Source: an uncultured delta proteobacterium
Lineage (GTDB): Bacteria; Desulfobacterota; Binatia; JACPRU01
Length of the DNA stretch: 64,000 nucleotides
Direction of reading: 5' to 3'
NCBI GenBank assembly: GCA_963745025.1
Contig: CAVUWD010000005.1
Span: forward strand, 1 to 64,000
Every line of letters begins with the position of its first letter. The first letter of the stretch is position 1. Below the pieces are notes generated by a model that made no database searches, was not told where the DNA came from, and saw only the letters and a program-made list of their open reading frames with translations. Both the position numbers and the translations under genes were made by a program. This document shows positions 39,644 to 50,093 of this stretch, piece after piece.

Positions 39644-40687
39644 ATGGAAGAACAATCGCGGATCCGGGGAATCAACCTCGAGAACGTGACGCGCTGGTTC
39701 GAGCGTCACATCGAGGGCGCGAAGACGCCGCTCGAGTTCACGCTGATCGCGGGCGGGCACTCGAATCTCACGTTCAAGGTGGCGGACGCCGCGGGTGCGG
39801 AGTTCGTGCTCCGCCGCCCGCCACTTTCGCACGTGCTTGCGAGCGCGCACGACATGGGGCGCGAGCACAGGATCATTTCGGCGCTCTGGCCGACCGCCGT
39901 GCCGGTGCCCCAGCCGCTCGGCTTCTGTCCGGATCCCGAGGTCAACGGCGCGCCGTTTTACGTCATGCGGTTCGTCCCTGGAGTGGTGCTGCACGACGCG
40001 GAGATCGCAATCCGTTCGCTGGGCGAGGTGGAGCGGCGCTCCACCGGCGAATCGTTCGTGGACGTGCTGTCGGATCTCCACGCCGTGGACGTCGACGCCG
40101 TCGGTCTCGGCGACTTCGCCAAGAAGGAGGACTACATCGCGCGCCAGCTCAAGCGTTGGTACGGCCAATTCCAGCAATCCAAGACGCGTGAGCTTCCCAC
40201 CATCGACCGCGTGCACGACGTCCTGAAGGCGCGCATCCCACCACAGGGAAGGGCCTCGGTCGTACACGGCGACTATCGCCTCGGCAACTGCATCACCGAC
40301 CCGAAGCGGGGCAAGATCGTCGCGGTCCTCGATTGGGAGATCTGCACGCTTGGGGATCCGCTCGCTGACGTCGGCTATGTGCTCGCCACGTGGACACAGT
40401 CGACCGATCAGGTCGCGGGCACGCCCGGCGCGCCCTCTCTCGCCCCCGGCTTCCCGAACCGGCAAGAGATCTTCGAGCGCTACGCGAAACGCTCGGGCCG
40501 CGATCTCTCGAAGATCGACTACTACGTCGCGTTTTCCTTGTGGAAGAGCGCCTGCATCGTCGAGGGCGTCTACGCCCGCTATCTCGGCGGCGCGCTCGGC
40601 AAGACGGACGTCAACCTCGATCAGTTCAAAAACCGCATCGACGCGTTCGCCGAGCTCGCCGCGCAGGCGGTCGCGCGGTTTGCGTAG
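39644..40687 (+). CDS. Phosphotransferase (APH/ACAD10-N-terminal-like) protein
   Basis: GGHSNLT, VLRRPP, AHDMGRE, VHGDYRLGN, LDWEICTLGDPLAD. Confidence 0.92.
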   Translation: MEEQSRIRGINLENVTRWFERHIEGAKTPLEFTLIAGGHSNLTFKVADAAGAEFVLRRPPLSHVLASAHDMGREHRIISALWPTAVPVPQPLGFCPDPEVNGAPFYVMRFVPGVVLHDAEIAIRSLGEVERRSTGESFVDVLSDLHAVDVDAVGLGDFAKKEDYIARQLKRWYGQFQQSKTRELPTIDRVHDVLKARIPPQGRASVVHGDYRLGNCITDPKRGKIVAVLDWEICTLGDPLADVGYVLATWTQSTDQVAGTPGAPSLAPGFPNRQEIFERYAKRSGRDLSKIDYYVAFSLWKSACIVEGVYARYLGGALGKTDVNLDQFKNRIDAFAELAAQAVARFA

Positions 40688-40911
40688 AGACGTTTCGCGG
40701 CCACCTCGGGCGGGTTGCCTTTATCCCGGTCGCACCCTGGCCGGACGTGCGCGAGTCGTCGCAGCAGCGACGCGCACGTGACGAAGCGTCGCGAGCGCCG
40801 TCTCGGAGAATCGCGCACGATCCTCGACCCTCTCGCGTTCTAGCCGATGGAGGGGTGGCAGCGGATCGGCTAGGCGGCGGTCAACGGCGAACCGTAGAGC
40901 CACCGGCTCGG

Positions 40912-41709
40912 TCACGACGTCGTCTCCCTCGCCGTGTGTTCGACGGCGTCAGACAGACGCGATCGGCGCATCAGCCACGCCATGCCGAGCATGTCGACGA
41001 TTCCGGTCCACAGGCGGTTGTGAATGCCGTAGTGCGACTGTCCCCTGGTGCGCGGGCGGTGACTCACTGGCACCGACAGCACCCGGCCGCCCGCGCGGAG
41101 CACGAGCGCCGGCAGGAAGCGGTGCATGTGGTCGAAGTAGGGCAGCGCGAGGAACAGGTCCCGCGCGAATAGCTTGAGGCCGCAGCCGGTGTCGAGCGTG
41201 TGGTCCCGCAGGAACGCTCGGCGGACGGCGTTGGCGATCCGCGACGAGGCGCGCGTCACGAAGGTGTCGCGCCGCGTCGTGCGCTGGCCGGCGATGAGAA
41301 GCCACCGCCCGTCCGCCGCCTCTCGGTAGCGGGCGAGGAGCGCGGGGATGTCGGCGGGGTCGTTCTGCCCGTCGCCGTCGAGGGTCGCGATGAGCGGCGC
41401 CCGCGCGAACCGGACGCCCGTGTGCAGCGCCGTGCTCTGGCCGGCATTGCGGCCGTGGCGGATGATTCGAAGCTCGGACATGGACGCGCCGCAGGCGTCG
41501 AGACATGCGAGGGTGTCGTCGGCGCTCTTGTCATCCACGACGACGATCTCGAACGGCAAGATCCCAACCAGTGCGCGGCGGATCTCATCCAGCAGCGGTC
41601 CAATGCTCTCCGCCTCGTTGTGCACGGGGACGACGACCGACAGTTCGGGGGCGCTCACGGGGACCGTGCTTTCTTCTTCAGAATGACAGGAAATGGGTCG
41701 CGGTGCCAC
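40912..41709 (-). CDS. GT2 polyprenol-phosphate glycosyltransferase (ArnC/DPM-like)
   Basis: SVVVPVHNE, VVDDKS, GQSTA, LDGDGQNDP, DTGCGLK, MHRFLP; start uncertain. Confidence 0.92.
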   Translation of the reverse strand: MAPRPISCHSEEESTVPVSAPELSVVVPVHNEAESIGPLLDEIRRALVGILPFEIVVVDDKSADDTLACLDACGASMSELRIIRHGRNAGQSTALHTGVRFARAPLIATLDGDGQNDPADIPALLARYREAADGRWLLIAGQRTTRRDTFVTRASSRIANAVRRAFLRDHTLDTGCGLKLFARDLFLALPYFDHMHRFLPALVLRAGGRVLSVPVSHRPRTRGQSHYGIHNRLWTGIVDMLGMAWLMRRSRLSDAVEHTARETTS

Positions 41710-41761
41710 GGTCAGCGCTCAGTGCCTGCCTTCCTCGCCATCCGCGCCGTAGGCGGTGTTC

Positions 41762-43657
41762 CTAGCTGCCCCAGCGCTCCAGCCAGCGCTGGAACATGAT
41801 GACCGGCCACAGCCGCCGTGCGTGGTTGGCTGCGCCGCGGCGATGCTCGTCGAGCAGGCGGCGGACGCCATCCGGCCGGATCCACCCCTCCGCCTCCAGG
41901 CGCCGCGACTCCAGCACGCGGTCGACCTCCCCCCGCAGGCTCCCGTTGATCCACGAGGCGATCGGCACACTGAGGCCTCGCTTCTTGCGGCGCAGGATGG
42001 TGCCCGGCAGCAGCGGCCGCGCCGCCTCCTTGAGCACTGCCTTCATCGTGAGGCCGCTCACCTTGAGCGCGCCCGGCAGGCTCAGGGCCAGCTCCATGAC
42101 CTGCCGGTCGAGGAACGGGGCCCGCGCCTCGACGGAAGCGAGCATCGTTGCGCGATCGACTTTCATGAGGAGATCGTCGGGCAGGTAGGTGAGGAAGTCG
42201 AGCAACAGCACGCCGTCCAGCACGTCCCGCTGTGCCAGCGCCATGGTGCCCTTGGCGTCCAACTCCGCGCGCGCCTCGGCGAGCCCCGGCGCGGCGGCCG
42301 GGCCGAGTAGGCCGTCCAGCGCCGCCGCCCCCAGCGCTCCGAACCACTCGACGTGCCGCGCGAGCGGCGGCAGCAGAGCGTTGCTCACAAACCCTTTGAG
42401 CAGAAACTCGATTGTGACCTTGCGGGGCGACGGGGGCCACGCGAGCACGGCGTGCGTGATCGCGCGCCGCACCGGGGCCGGCAGGCCGGCGAAGGCGCTA
42501 GCCGCACGGTGGCCGAGATAGGTCGGATAGCCGCCGAACAGCTCGTCCGCACCCTCGCCCGAGAGGATGACTTTCACGTCCCGCCGTGCCGCCTCAGCGA
42601 GCAGGTAGGTGGGCAGGATGGCCGGGTCGCCGAGCGGCTCGTCGAGCCGGTCGCGAATGATGTCGAGCGCTCGGCGCAGGTTGTCCGGATCGCACGGGAC
42701 GGTGCGGTGCGCCGTGCGGAAGCGGGACGCGACGAGCGCGGCCGGGCCGCTCTCGTCGTACGACGGGTCGCCGAACGAGACGGTGTAGGTGAAGATGCCG
42801 CCGTGGTCGAAGCGCTCGGCGGCGAGGGCGGTCAGTATCGAGGAGTCGAGTCCGCCGCTCAGGAACACGCCGACCGGCACGTCCGCCATCAGCTCGCGTG
42901 CGACCGCCTGCCGGACGACCGCGCACACCGCGCCCGCGGCCTCTCGCCGGTCGGTCGCCAAGGCTCCGTTGCGCGCAGCGAAGTCGTCCGCGCGCCAGTA
43001 GGGTGACAGGCGCACGCCCGACGCGTCTGCGGCGAGCACGTGTCCCGGTGGCAGATTCCGGATGCCGCGGCGCATCGTGCGCGGGGAGAGGACATAGCCG
43101 AGCGCAAAGAACGTCGCCGCGGCGGCGGGATCGAGCGTGCGGTCTACGGCCGGATAGGCGAGGATGGCCTTGGGCTCGGAGGCGAAGACCAGCTCGCTTC
43201 CCAGGTCGGCGTAGAAGAGCGGCTTCTCGCCGCTGCGGTCCCGGGCCAGCAGCAGGCGCCGGGTACGGTCGTCCCAGATTGCCAACCCGAACATTCCCTC
43301 GAGCATGCGCACGCACGCGTCCCCGTACGCCAGGTACAGCGGCAAGACGGACTCGACGTCGGAGCGCGATCGGAACGGATAGCCCTGCGCCGCGGGGTCC
43401 TTCCGCAGGTCTTCGGAGTTGTAGATCTCCCCGTTGCAAACGACCGAGACCTGGCCATCCGGCGACGTGAACGGCTGGTTGCCGCACGCCAGGTCGATGA
43501 TGGCGAGCCGCCGGATCTGCAGCGAGGCGGCCGGGAAGTCCACGCTCCCGGCGCCGTCGGGTCCGCGGTGCTCTAGCGTCTCGCGCATCTTCGGTAGAGC
43601 ATCAGGGAACCGCAGCGGCGCACCGGTACGGGAGACCACGCCGGTGATGCCGCACAT
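41762..43657 (-). CDS. asnB: Asparagine synthase (glutamine-hydrolysing)-like amidotransferase
   Basis: MCGITG, HRGPD, RLAIID, NGEIYN, LSGGLDSS, SGEGADELFGGY, KVDRA. Confidence 0.93.
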   Translation of the reverse strand: MCGITGVVSRTGAPLRFPDALPKMRETLEHRGPDGAGSVDFPAASLQIRRLAIIDLACGNQPFTSPDGQVSVVCNGEIYNSEDLRKDPAAQGYPFRSRSDVESVLPLYLAYGDACVRMLEGMFGLAIWDDRTRRLLLARDRSGEKPLFYADLGSELVFASEPKAILAYPAVDRTLDPAAAATFFALGYVLSPRTMRRGIRNLPPGHVLAADASGVRLSPYWRADDFAARNGALATDRREAAGAVCAVVRQAVARELMADVPVGVFLSGGLDSSILTALAAERFDHGGIFTYTVSFGDPSYDESGPAALVASRFRTAHRTVPCDPDNLRRALDIIRDRLDEPLGDPAILPTYLLAEAARRDVKVILSGEGADELFGGYPTYLGHRAASAFAGLPAPVRRAITHAVLAWPPSPRKVTIEFLLKGFVSNALLPPLARHVEWFGALGAAALDGLLGPAAAPGLAEARAELDAKGTMALAQRDVLDGVLLLDFLTYLPDDLLMKVDRATMLASVEARAPFLDRQVMELALSLPGALKVSGLTMKAVLKEAARPLLPGTILRRKKRGLSVPIASWINGSLRGEVDRVLESRRLEAEGWIRPDGVRRLLDEHRRGAANHARRLWPVIMFQRWLERWGS

Positions 43658-45360
43658 TACCGGGGCGCCTTCGCGGGCCGCGCGCCGCACGGCCCGTAGG
43701 CAACGAACCGGCCGCCGGCCCCGCCGCCGGCGATGCGCGGCAGCCGCGCGGCGAGCGTTGCCGCCTCCGGGGCTTTGTGACCGACCACGAAGACGGTTGG
43801 CTCCTCGCACGCGTCGAGTTCGGTGCGCCACCAGCCGGCAGGCCGCAGCGGAGAGCCCGGAAGGTCACGGAACTCGTCGACGCGGCTGGCGACGTAGTGG
43901 CTCGTCATCTCGTGCCCAGTGGCCGTGGTCATTAGCATGGGACGGTCGAGATAGTAGCGCAGGGACGTCGGGTACGCAGCAACGCCCACGACGCGGGCGC
44001 CGGGCGCGGCGCGCTCGATCGCAGCCGCCAAGTCGAACGAAGAGCGGTCGTGCCCAATCGCGTGCATCAGCGACGACCCGACGAACGGCACGGCTGCGAC
44101 CGGCAGGGCGAGGGCTGCGGCCCCTACCCATACGCTCCTCTGGCGCGCACCCCACGCCGCCAGCGCCGCCGCGACCGCGAGTACGACGGCGAAGACCAGG
44201 GCAAAGCCCGGGATCGCCTGGCGCACTGACGTCGCCAGCCCCGGGATCGCGCCGACGAACGGCGTGCCCACGGCCATCACGGCCCCGAGCGCCAACATCG
44301 CGCCGGCCGCGATGCGGGAGCTGCGGGCTGCGGACGTGCGGATCGCCTCGTCGCGTAGCGCGTACGCGAAGAAGAGTCCGGCGCCCAGCGCCACGCCCGG
44401 CAGGGCGGGGAGGTAGTAGCCAGGGAGCTTCGACTGCGAGAACGAGAAGAAGACGAGCGGCATCAGCACCCACGCGATGGCCAGAACGGCCGCGCGGCTC
44501 TCATTGCTCCGGCGTGCCGCGCGGCAGCGCACGGCCTCAGCGAGACCTGCGACGGCCGGCACGATCCACGGGAAGCTGCCCCCGAGGAGGACCGGCACGA
44601 AGAACCAGATCGGGCGCGCACGTCCGTGCGTCGTCGTGGCGACACGCTCCAGCGACTCGTACACGATCGCATAGCGCGGGAAGTCGGGGCGCCGGAGCGC
44701 CACCGCGATGAACCACGGCAGCCCGGTGACCAGCGCCCACGGCCACGCGCGCAACGCGAAGTAGCGCCGCAGCCGCAATCCGGCTGCAAACCCCCAGGCG
44801 ACCAGGATGAGCACGGGCACGATGATGGCGACGGGGCCCTTTGTGATGGTGCCGACCCCCACGAGCGCCCACGAGAGCGCGAACCAGCGCACAGCGTGCG
44901 GTTCGTCCTCGAAGCCGCGCCACGCCGCCGCGAGGGTGGCGGTCTCGAGGAAGAGGAGCGCGGGGTCGGGGATCACGGCGCGGCCATAGGCCAGCGGCAG
45001 CGGCATCGTCGCGAGCGCCACCGCGGCGATCTCGCCGGTGCCGGCGGGTCCCATGCGGCGGCCGAGTCGCCAGACGAGGAGCACCGTGGCGAGCACGAAG
45101 GTGAGGGAGGCGGCACGCGCGCCGCCTTCGGACCCCCCGAACACCTCGAGGCCGAGCGCGACGGCGGCGAAGTACGGGGCGGGCTTGTCGAGATAGGGCA
45201 GGCCGTTCAGGTGGGGCAGCACCCAGTCGCCGCCGCGGACCATCTCGCGGGCAACCTGGGCGTTGCGTCCCTCGTCCGGCTCGAGCAGCGGGTAGCCGCC
45301 GAGGTTCCAGCCCAGCGCGAGAAGCGCGCAGGCGCCGACCACGATCCAGGCGCGCGGCAT
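43657..45360 (-). CDS. ArnT/GT39-family membrane glycosyltransferase
   Basis: EPDEGRNA..AREM, PHLNG..DKP, TKGP, KLPGYYLP; multiple TM segments. Confidence 0.9.
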   Translation of the reverse strand: MPRAWIVVGACALLALGWNLGGYPLLEPDEGRNAQVAREMVRGGDWVLPHLNGLPYLDKPAPYFAAVALGLEVFGGSEGGARAASLTFVLATVLLVWRLGRRMGPAGTGEIAAVALATMPLPLAYGRAVIPDPALLFLETATLAAAWRGFEDEPHAVRWFALSWALVGVGTITKGPVAIIVPVLILVAWGFAAGLRLRRYFALRAWPWALVTGLPWFIAVALRRPDFPRYAIVYESLERVATTTHGRARPIWFFVPVLLGGSFPWIVPAVAGLAEAVRCRAARRSNESRAAVLAIAWVLMPLVFFSFSQSKLPGYYLPALPGVALGAGLFFAYALRDEAIRTSAARSSRIAAGAMLALGAVMAVGTPFVGAIPGLATSVRQAIPGFALVFAVVLAVAAALAAWGARQRSVWVGAAALALPVAAVPFVGSSLMHAIGHDRSSFDLAAAIERAAPGARVVGVAAYPTSLRYYLDRPMLMTTATGHEMTSHYVASRVDEFRDLPGSPLRPAGWWRTELDACEEPTVFVVGHKAPEAATLAARLPRIAGGGAGGRFVAYGPCGARPAKAPR

Positions 45361-45723
45361 CCGATCGGTCCCACGGAACGGGGAAACTCCTGCTTCACCT
45401 AGATCAAGTCCGTTCTGCACCCGGTTCCTCGAACTCGAGGCCGGCAAGCAGGTCGGCGAGCGCGATTCCTCGATCGCTGGCGCGACCACCGACCGGGATG
45501 TCGACTCCGCCGCGGCAAAGCCGTTGCGGCTTCAGCTCCCCACCGAGCGCCGCCTTCACCGCTTGCGACGAGAGGCTTGCGCTGCCTGCAGCGGACTCGG
45601 CCTCCACCGCCGTCGGGTGAGCCTCGTCGAGAATCGCGAATCGCTGGGTTCTCATGCGCTCGACCGATATTCGGCGGAAATCCACCTGTCAAACCGGCGG
45701 ATCCGTGCTATGAGCGTCGGCCG

Positions 45724-46815
45724 ATGGAGACTATCAATTTCACACGCGGCGTACCCGCGAACGAATCGTTTCCGATCGACGAAGTGATCGACGCCGCGAG
45801 CGGCGCGTTCAAGTCGCGTGGCGCCGCGATGCTGCAGTACGGCCCGTCGCTCGGTTTTCAGCCGCTGCGCGAGTGGCTCGCCGAGTGGCAGGGTGTGAGC
45901 GTCGATCGCGTGCTCACCGGCAACGGCTCGCTGCAGCTGGTCGAGTTCCTCTGCCTCCACCTCCTGAAGCCGGGGGACGTGGTCTTCACCGAGTCGCCGA
46001 CCTACGACCGGACGATCACGCTGCTTCGCCGTCACGGCGCGCGGGTGATCGGCATCCCGCTCGAGCCCGACGGCCCGAATCTCGCGGCGCTCGAGAAGGC
46101 GTTCGCGCGGACCGCCGCGCCGAAGTTCTTCTACGTGATCCCCGACTTCCAGAATCCCGCCGGCGCGACGTGTTCGGGGGAGAAGCGGCGGAGGCTCGTC
46201 GAGCTCGCCGAGCGGCACGGGTTCCTGCTCGTCGAGGACGCGCCCTACCGCCGTCTTCGCTATCACGGCCGCGAAGAGCCGACGCTCTACTCGCTGGCGC
46301 CCGCGCGCACGCTGCACATGAGCTCGTTCACCAAGCTGATCGCGCCCGGGGTCCGAACCGGGTTCATGATCGGCGACCCGGCGCTGATCGCCAAGCTCGC
46401 CAAGGTTGCGGAGGACACCTACATCTCGCCCGGCTACGTCGCGCAGGGGATCACCCACGAGTGGTGCCGACGCGGATTGCTCGCGCCGCAGATCGAGCGC
46501 TTGAAGAAGCTCTACGCGCCGCGGCTCGACGCCTGCCTCGGTGCGATCGACAAGTACATGCCCGACGCGGTGGCGACGAGGCCTGCCGGCGGATTCTTCA
46601 TCTCCCTGACGCTGCCGGAGGGCATCCAGACGACGGCGGTGCGGCTGGAGGCCGCCAAGCGCGGGCTCAACCTCGCCGACGGGCTCGCCTTCTTCCCCGA
46701 AGGAGGAGGCGAGCGGTTCCTGCGTCTGCCGTTTTGCGCGCTGACGCCGGCGGAGATCGACGAGGGAATTCGGCGGCTCGCAGAGACGGTGAAGGTGGTA
46801 CGGAGCGCGCGATAG
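45724..46815 (+). CDS. PLP-dependent aminotransferase class I/II
   Basis: LQYG, ESPTY, IPDFQNPAG, EDAPY, SSFTKLIAPGVRTG. Confidence 0.92.
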   Translation: METINFTRGVPANESFPIDEVIDAASGAFKSRGAAMLQYGPSLGFQPLREWLAEWQGVSVDRVLTGNGSLQLVEFLCLHLLKPGDVVFTESPTYDRTITLLRRHGARVIGIPLEPDGPNLAALEKAFARTAAPKFFYVIPDFQNPAGATCSGEKRRRLVELAERHGFLLVEDAPYRRLRYHGREEPTLYSLAPARTLHMSSFTKLIAPGVRTGFMIGDPALIAKLAKVAEDTYISPGYVAQGITHEWCRRGLLAPQIERLKKLYAPRLDACLGAIDKYMPDAVATRPAGGFFISLTLPEGIQTTAVRLEAAKRGLNLADGLAFFPEGGGERFLRLPFCALTPAEIDEGIRRLAETVKVVRSAR

Positions 46816-46878
46816 CGAACGCGCGAGCCGGAGCGGAATCACGCGAGCTGCAGACCCGCACTTGTCGCGCCTCGCCCG

Positions 46879-47748
46879 ATGGTCCATGCTTCGCCCGTGA
46901 AGCGAGGGGTGTTCGCGACCGATCGCAAGCCCTCCGAATCGGTCGAAGTCGTGCCGACGACCCGCCTCGCGGGACGGCGCTCCTCGCGGGTTCGCGACTC
47001 GGTGGCGCGCGAGGAGCCGCTCGAGATCCAGCTCGACGGCACCTCGCTGACGGTGCTGATGCGCACGCCGGGTCACGACGAGGAACTCGCGCTCGGTCTT
47101 CTCTGGAGCGAGCGGGTGATCGAATCGCTGGCGGACGTGACCTCCGTGCGCCACGCCACGCTCGCGCCGAACCCCGAAGCCGCCGACAACATCATGCAGA
47201 TCCGCTTGCGAGACGGGGTGCGGGTCGATTGGCAGCGGCTCAAGCGAAACTTCTATGCGAGCGCGAGCTGTGGAATTTGCGGCAAGGCGACGATCGACGG
47301 CGCGCTCGCCGAGGCGCCTCCGCTTGAGGACCGCTCGAAGTTTCGCGCGGCCTCGTTTTATCCGCTCCCGGAGCGGCTCCGAGCCGCCCAGGAGGCGTTC
47401 GGCGCGACCGGTGGCCTGCACGCGGCCGGCCTCTTCGACGCCGAAGGCAGGCTCTTCGTCGTTCGTGAGGATGTCGGGCGCCACAACGCGGTCGACAAGG
47501 TGATCGGCTGGGCGCTCGAGCGTGGTCGGCTGCCGCTTCACGGCCACGTGCTCCTCGTCTCGGGGCGGATCTCCTACGAGATCGCCGCGAAGGCGCTGAC
47601 CGCGCGGGTCCCTGTGGTGGCGGCGTTGTCGGCGCCGTCGTCGCTCGCAATCGCGCTCGCCGAGCGGGCGCACATGACGCTCGTCGGATTCCTGCGCGGC
47701 CACGGCTTCAACGTCTACGGCGACCGCTCGCGGGTGATCGCCGCTTGA
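46879..47748 (+). CDS. fdhD: Formate dehydrogenase sulfurtransferase
   Basis: EEPL, MRTPG, SCGICG, TGGLHAA, EDVGRHNAVDK, SGRISYE. Confidence 0.96.
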   Translation: MVHASPVKRGVFATDRKPSESVEVVPTTRLAGRRSSRVRDSVAREEPLEIQLDGTSLTVLMRTPGHDEELALGLLWSERVIESLADVTSVRHATLAPNPEAADNIMQIRLRDGVRVDWQRLKRNFYASASCGICGKATIDGALAEAPPLEDRSKFRAASFYPLPERLRAAQEAFGATGGLHAAGLFDAEGRLFVVREDVGRHNAVDKVIGWALERGRLPLHGHVLLVSGRISYEIAAKALTARVPVVAALSAPSSLAIALAERAHMTLVGFLRGHGFNVYGDRSRVIAA

Positions 47749-49976
47749 GTGGGCCGGAACGATCTGCCGGCGGCCTGGGGGCGATCGCGGCGACGCTGAA
47801 GAGCCTCGCGCGCACGAGCCTCTGGCGCGGCGGACGGGCGCTGCTGCAGCTCAATCGAGAAACGGGATTCAGCTGTCCGGGGTGTGCGTGGCCCGAGGCT
47901 GCCGCGCGGATCGATTTTTGCGAGAACGGAGTGAAGCACGTCGCCCACGAGGTCACGAGGCGTCGGGTCACGCGCGAATTCTTCGCCGCGTGGCCGATCC
48001 CGAAGCTCCTCGCCGAGACCGATCACTGGCTCGAGCGGCAAGGACGATTGGTCGAGCCGATGCTCAAGCGCGCGGGCTCGGACCGGTACGAGCCGCTCTC
48101 GTGGGATGCCGCGTTTCAGAGGATCGCCGAGACCCTGCGCGGGCTCGACTCGCCGAACGAAGCGGTCTTCTACACATCCGGGCGCACCAGTAACGAGGCC
48201 GCGTTTCTCTATCAGCTGCTCGCCCGACAGTTCGGCACCAACAACCTGCCCGACTGCTCGAACATGTGCCACGAGTCGAGCGGCACGGCCCTCTCGCAGG
48301 TGATCGGCGTCGGCAAGGGCACGGTCGCTCTCGACGATTTCGAGAAGGCGGATGCGATCTTCATTATCGGCCAGAACCCGGGGACGAACCATCCGCGGAT
48401 GTTCACGACGCTGGTCGAGGCGAAGCGGCGCGGCGCGAAGATCGTCAGCATCAATCCCCTGAAGGAGTCCGCGCTCGTTCGCTTCACCCATCCACAGGAA
48501 GTGCTCGGCCTGCTCGGGCGGGGCACCGAGATCTCGGACCTCTATCTTCAGGTCCGCGTCGGCGGCGACATCGCGCTGCTCAAGGGCATCATGAAGGAGG
48601 TGCTGGCGGCCGAAGATCGCGCGCCGGGGCGGATCCTCGATTGGGCGTTCATCCGCAACCACACCGAAGGACTCGAGACGTTTCGCGCCGCGCTCGATCG
48701 CATTCCGTTCGACGACTTGGTGCGGGAGAGCGGCGTCTCCCGCGAAGACATGCACAGGGCCGCCGCGGTCTACCTCGGCGCCGAGCGCGTGATCGCCTGC
48801 TGGGCGATGGGGCTCACACAGCACAAGCACGGCGTCGCCAACGTGCAGGAGATCGCCAACCTGCTGCTGCTGCGCGGCAACATCGGCAAGCCGGGTGCGG
48901 GGGTGTGCCCGGTGCGCGGTCACAGCAACGTTCAGGGCGATCGCACGATGGGAATCTGGGAGACGCCGAAGCCCGAATTCCTGCAGAAGCTCGGCGCGCA
49001 GTTTCGCTTCGAGCCGCCGCGCGCGCCGGGCCTCGATACGGTGGCGGCCATCCGCGCGATGCACGAGGGGCGGGCAAGGGTGTTCTGCGCCATAGGCGGC
49101 AACTTCGCGGTCGCGACGCCCGACACGGCGTACACGGCGCGGGCGCTGCGCCGTTGTAGGTTGACGGTCGGCGTCGCGACCACGCTGAATCGCACGCACC
49201 TCGTCACCGGCGAGGAAGCGGTCCTGCTTCCTTGTCTCGGCCGAACCGAGATCGATCGGCAGAGGAACAAGCCGCAGTTCGTGACGATCGAGGATTCGAT
49301 GAGCGCCGTGCACCGCTCCGAAGGAAAGCTCGCGCCGGTCTCCGCCGAGCTCAAGAGCGAGCCGGCGATCGTCGCTGGCATCGCATGCGCTCTCTTCGGC
49401 GACGACGGGCCGGTGCCGTGGCGAGACCTCGGCGAAGACTACGACCTCATCCGCGACGCGATCGCGCACGTGGTGCCCGGCTTCGAAGACTTCAACCGCC
49501 GGGTGCGCGAGGGCGCGGGCTTTCGACTACCGAGCGGCGCGCAGCGCCGAGAGTTCGCCACCCCTTCGGGCAAGGCCTCGTTCACGACGCTGCCGCTACC
49601 GCGGATGGAGCTCGCGAGCGACGAGTTCCTGATGATGACGATCCGCAGCCACGATCAGTTCAATACCACCATCTACGGCTTCGACGATCGCTATCGCGGG
49701 ATCTCCGGCAACCGCCGCGTCGTGCTGCTGCACCCCGACGACATCGCCGCCGAGGGCGTGAAAGCCGGTGATCTCGTCGATCTCGAAAGCCGCTTCGGGG
49801 CCGAGCGGCGCGCGCTTCGCGGCTTTGCCGTCGTCGCCTATGACGTGCCGCGCCGCTGCGCGGCGACCTACTATCCCGAGGCGAACGCGCTGGTGCCGAT
49901 CGGCAGCGTCGCCGACGGCAGCAACACGCCGACTTACAAGTCGGTGCGCATCGTCATCCGGCGCGCTGCGTCCTAG
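47745..49976 (+). CDS. FdhF/YdeP-family molybdopterin oxidoreductase
   Basis: CPGCAW, FCENG, YTSGRTSNE, NNLPDCSNMCHE, RGHSNVQG, RSHDQFNTT. Confidence 0.95.
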   Translation: MSGPERSAGGLGAIAATLKSLARTSLWRGGRALLQLNRETGFSCPGCAWPEAAARIDFCENGVKHVAHEVTRRRVTREFFAAWPIPKLLAETDHWLERQGRLVEPMLKRAGSDRYEPLSWDAAFQRIAETLRGLDSPNEAVFYTSGRTSNEAAFLYQLLARQFGTNNLPDCSNMCHESSGTALSQVIGVGKGTVALDDFEKADAIFIIGQNPGTNHPRMFTTLVEAKRRGAKIVSINPLKESALVRFTHPQEVLGLLGRGTEISDLYLQVRVGGDIALLKGIMKEVLAAEDRAPGRILDWAFIRNHTEGLETFRAALDRIPFDDLVRESGVSREDMHRAAAVYLGAERVIACWAMGLTQHKHGVANVQEIANLLLLRGNIGKPGAGVCPVRGHSNVQGDRTMGIWETPKPEFLQKLGAQFRFEPPRAPGLDTVAAIRAMHEGRARVFCAIGGNFAVATPDTAYTARALRRCRLTVGVATTLNRTHLVTGEEAVLLPCLGRTEIDRQRNKPQFVTIEDSMSAVHRSEGKLAPVSAELKSEPAIVAGIACALFGDDGPVPWRDLGEDYDLIRDAIAHVVPGFEDFNRRVREGAGFRLPSGAQRREFATPSGKASFTTLPLPRMELASDEFLMMTIRSHDQFNTTIYGFDDRYRGISGNRRVVLLHPDDIAAEGVKAGDLVDLESRFGAERRALRGFAVVAYDVPRRCAATYYPEANALVPIGSVADGSNTPTYKSVRIVIRRAAS

Positions 49977-49978
49977 GC

Positions 49979-50000
49979 GGCTACCGGCTACCGGCTACCG
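49979..50000. repeat. Half copy of the heptamer element
   Basis: GGCTACC x3 directly after the stop codon. Confidence 0.7.
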
Positions 50001-50093
50001 CTGAAGATACCCCTCATGGTTTCGGCGAACCCGTGGAATTCTGCCGCAGTCGCTCGAGGCCACGACCGCACGGCTCTGCGGCGGTCGTCTCGG

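Noticed and set aside
40721-40915. 64-aa ORF after GT2 as a lipid A biosynthesis N-terminal-domain gene
   Set aside because: Position fits but no motif is recognisable; at most a degraded stub
45404-45692. 93-97 aa minus-strand ORFs
   Set aside because: No recognisable motif or SD; probably junction debris
3082-49469. Long antisense or alternate-frame ORFs (e.g. 3082-4938, 5955-7886, 45652-47703, 47715-49469)
   Set aside because: Arg/Ala/Pro-rich shadows of well-supported genes, as expected in high-GC DNA
47745-49976. Selenocysteine formate dehydrogenase
   Set aside because: Uninterrupted ORF with Cys (PDCSNMCHE); YdeP-type
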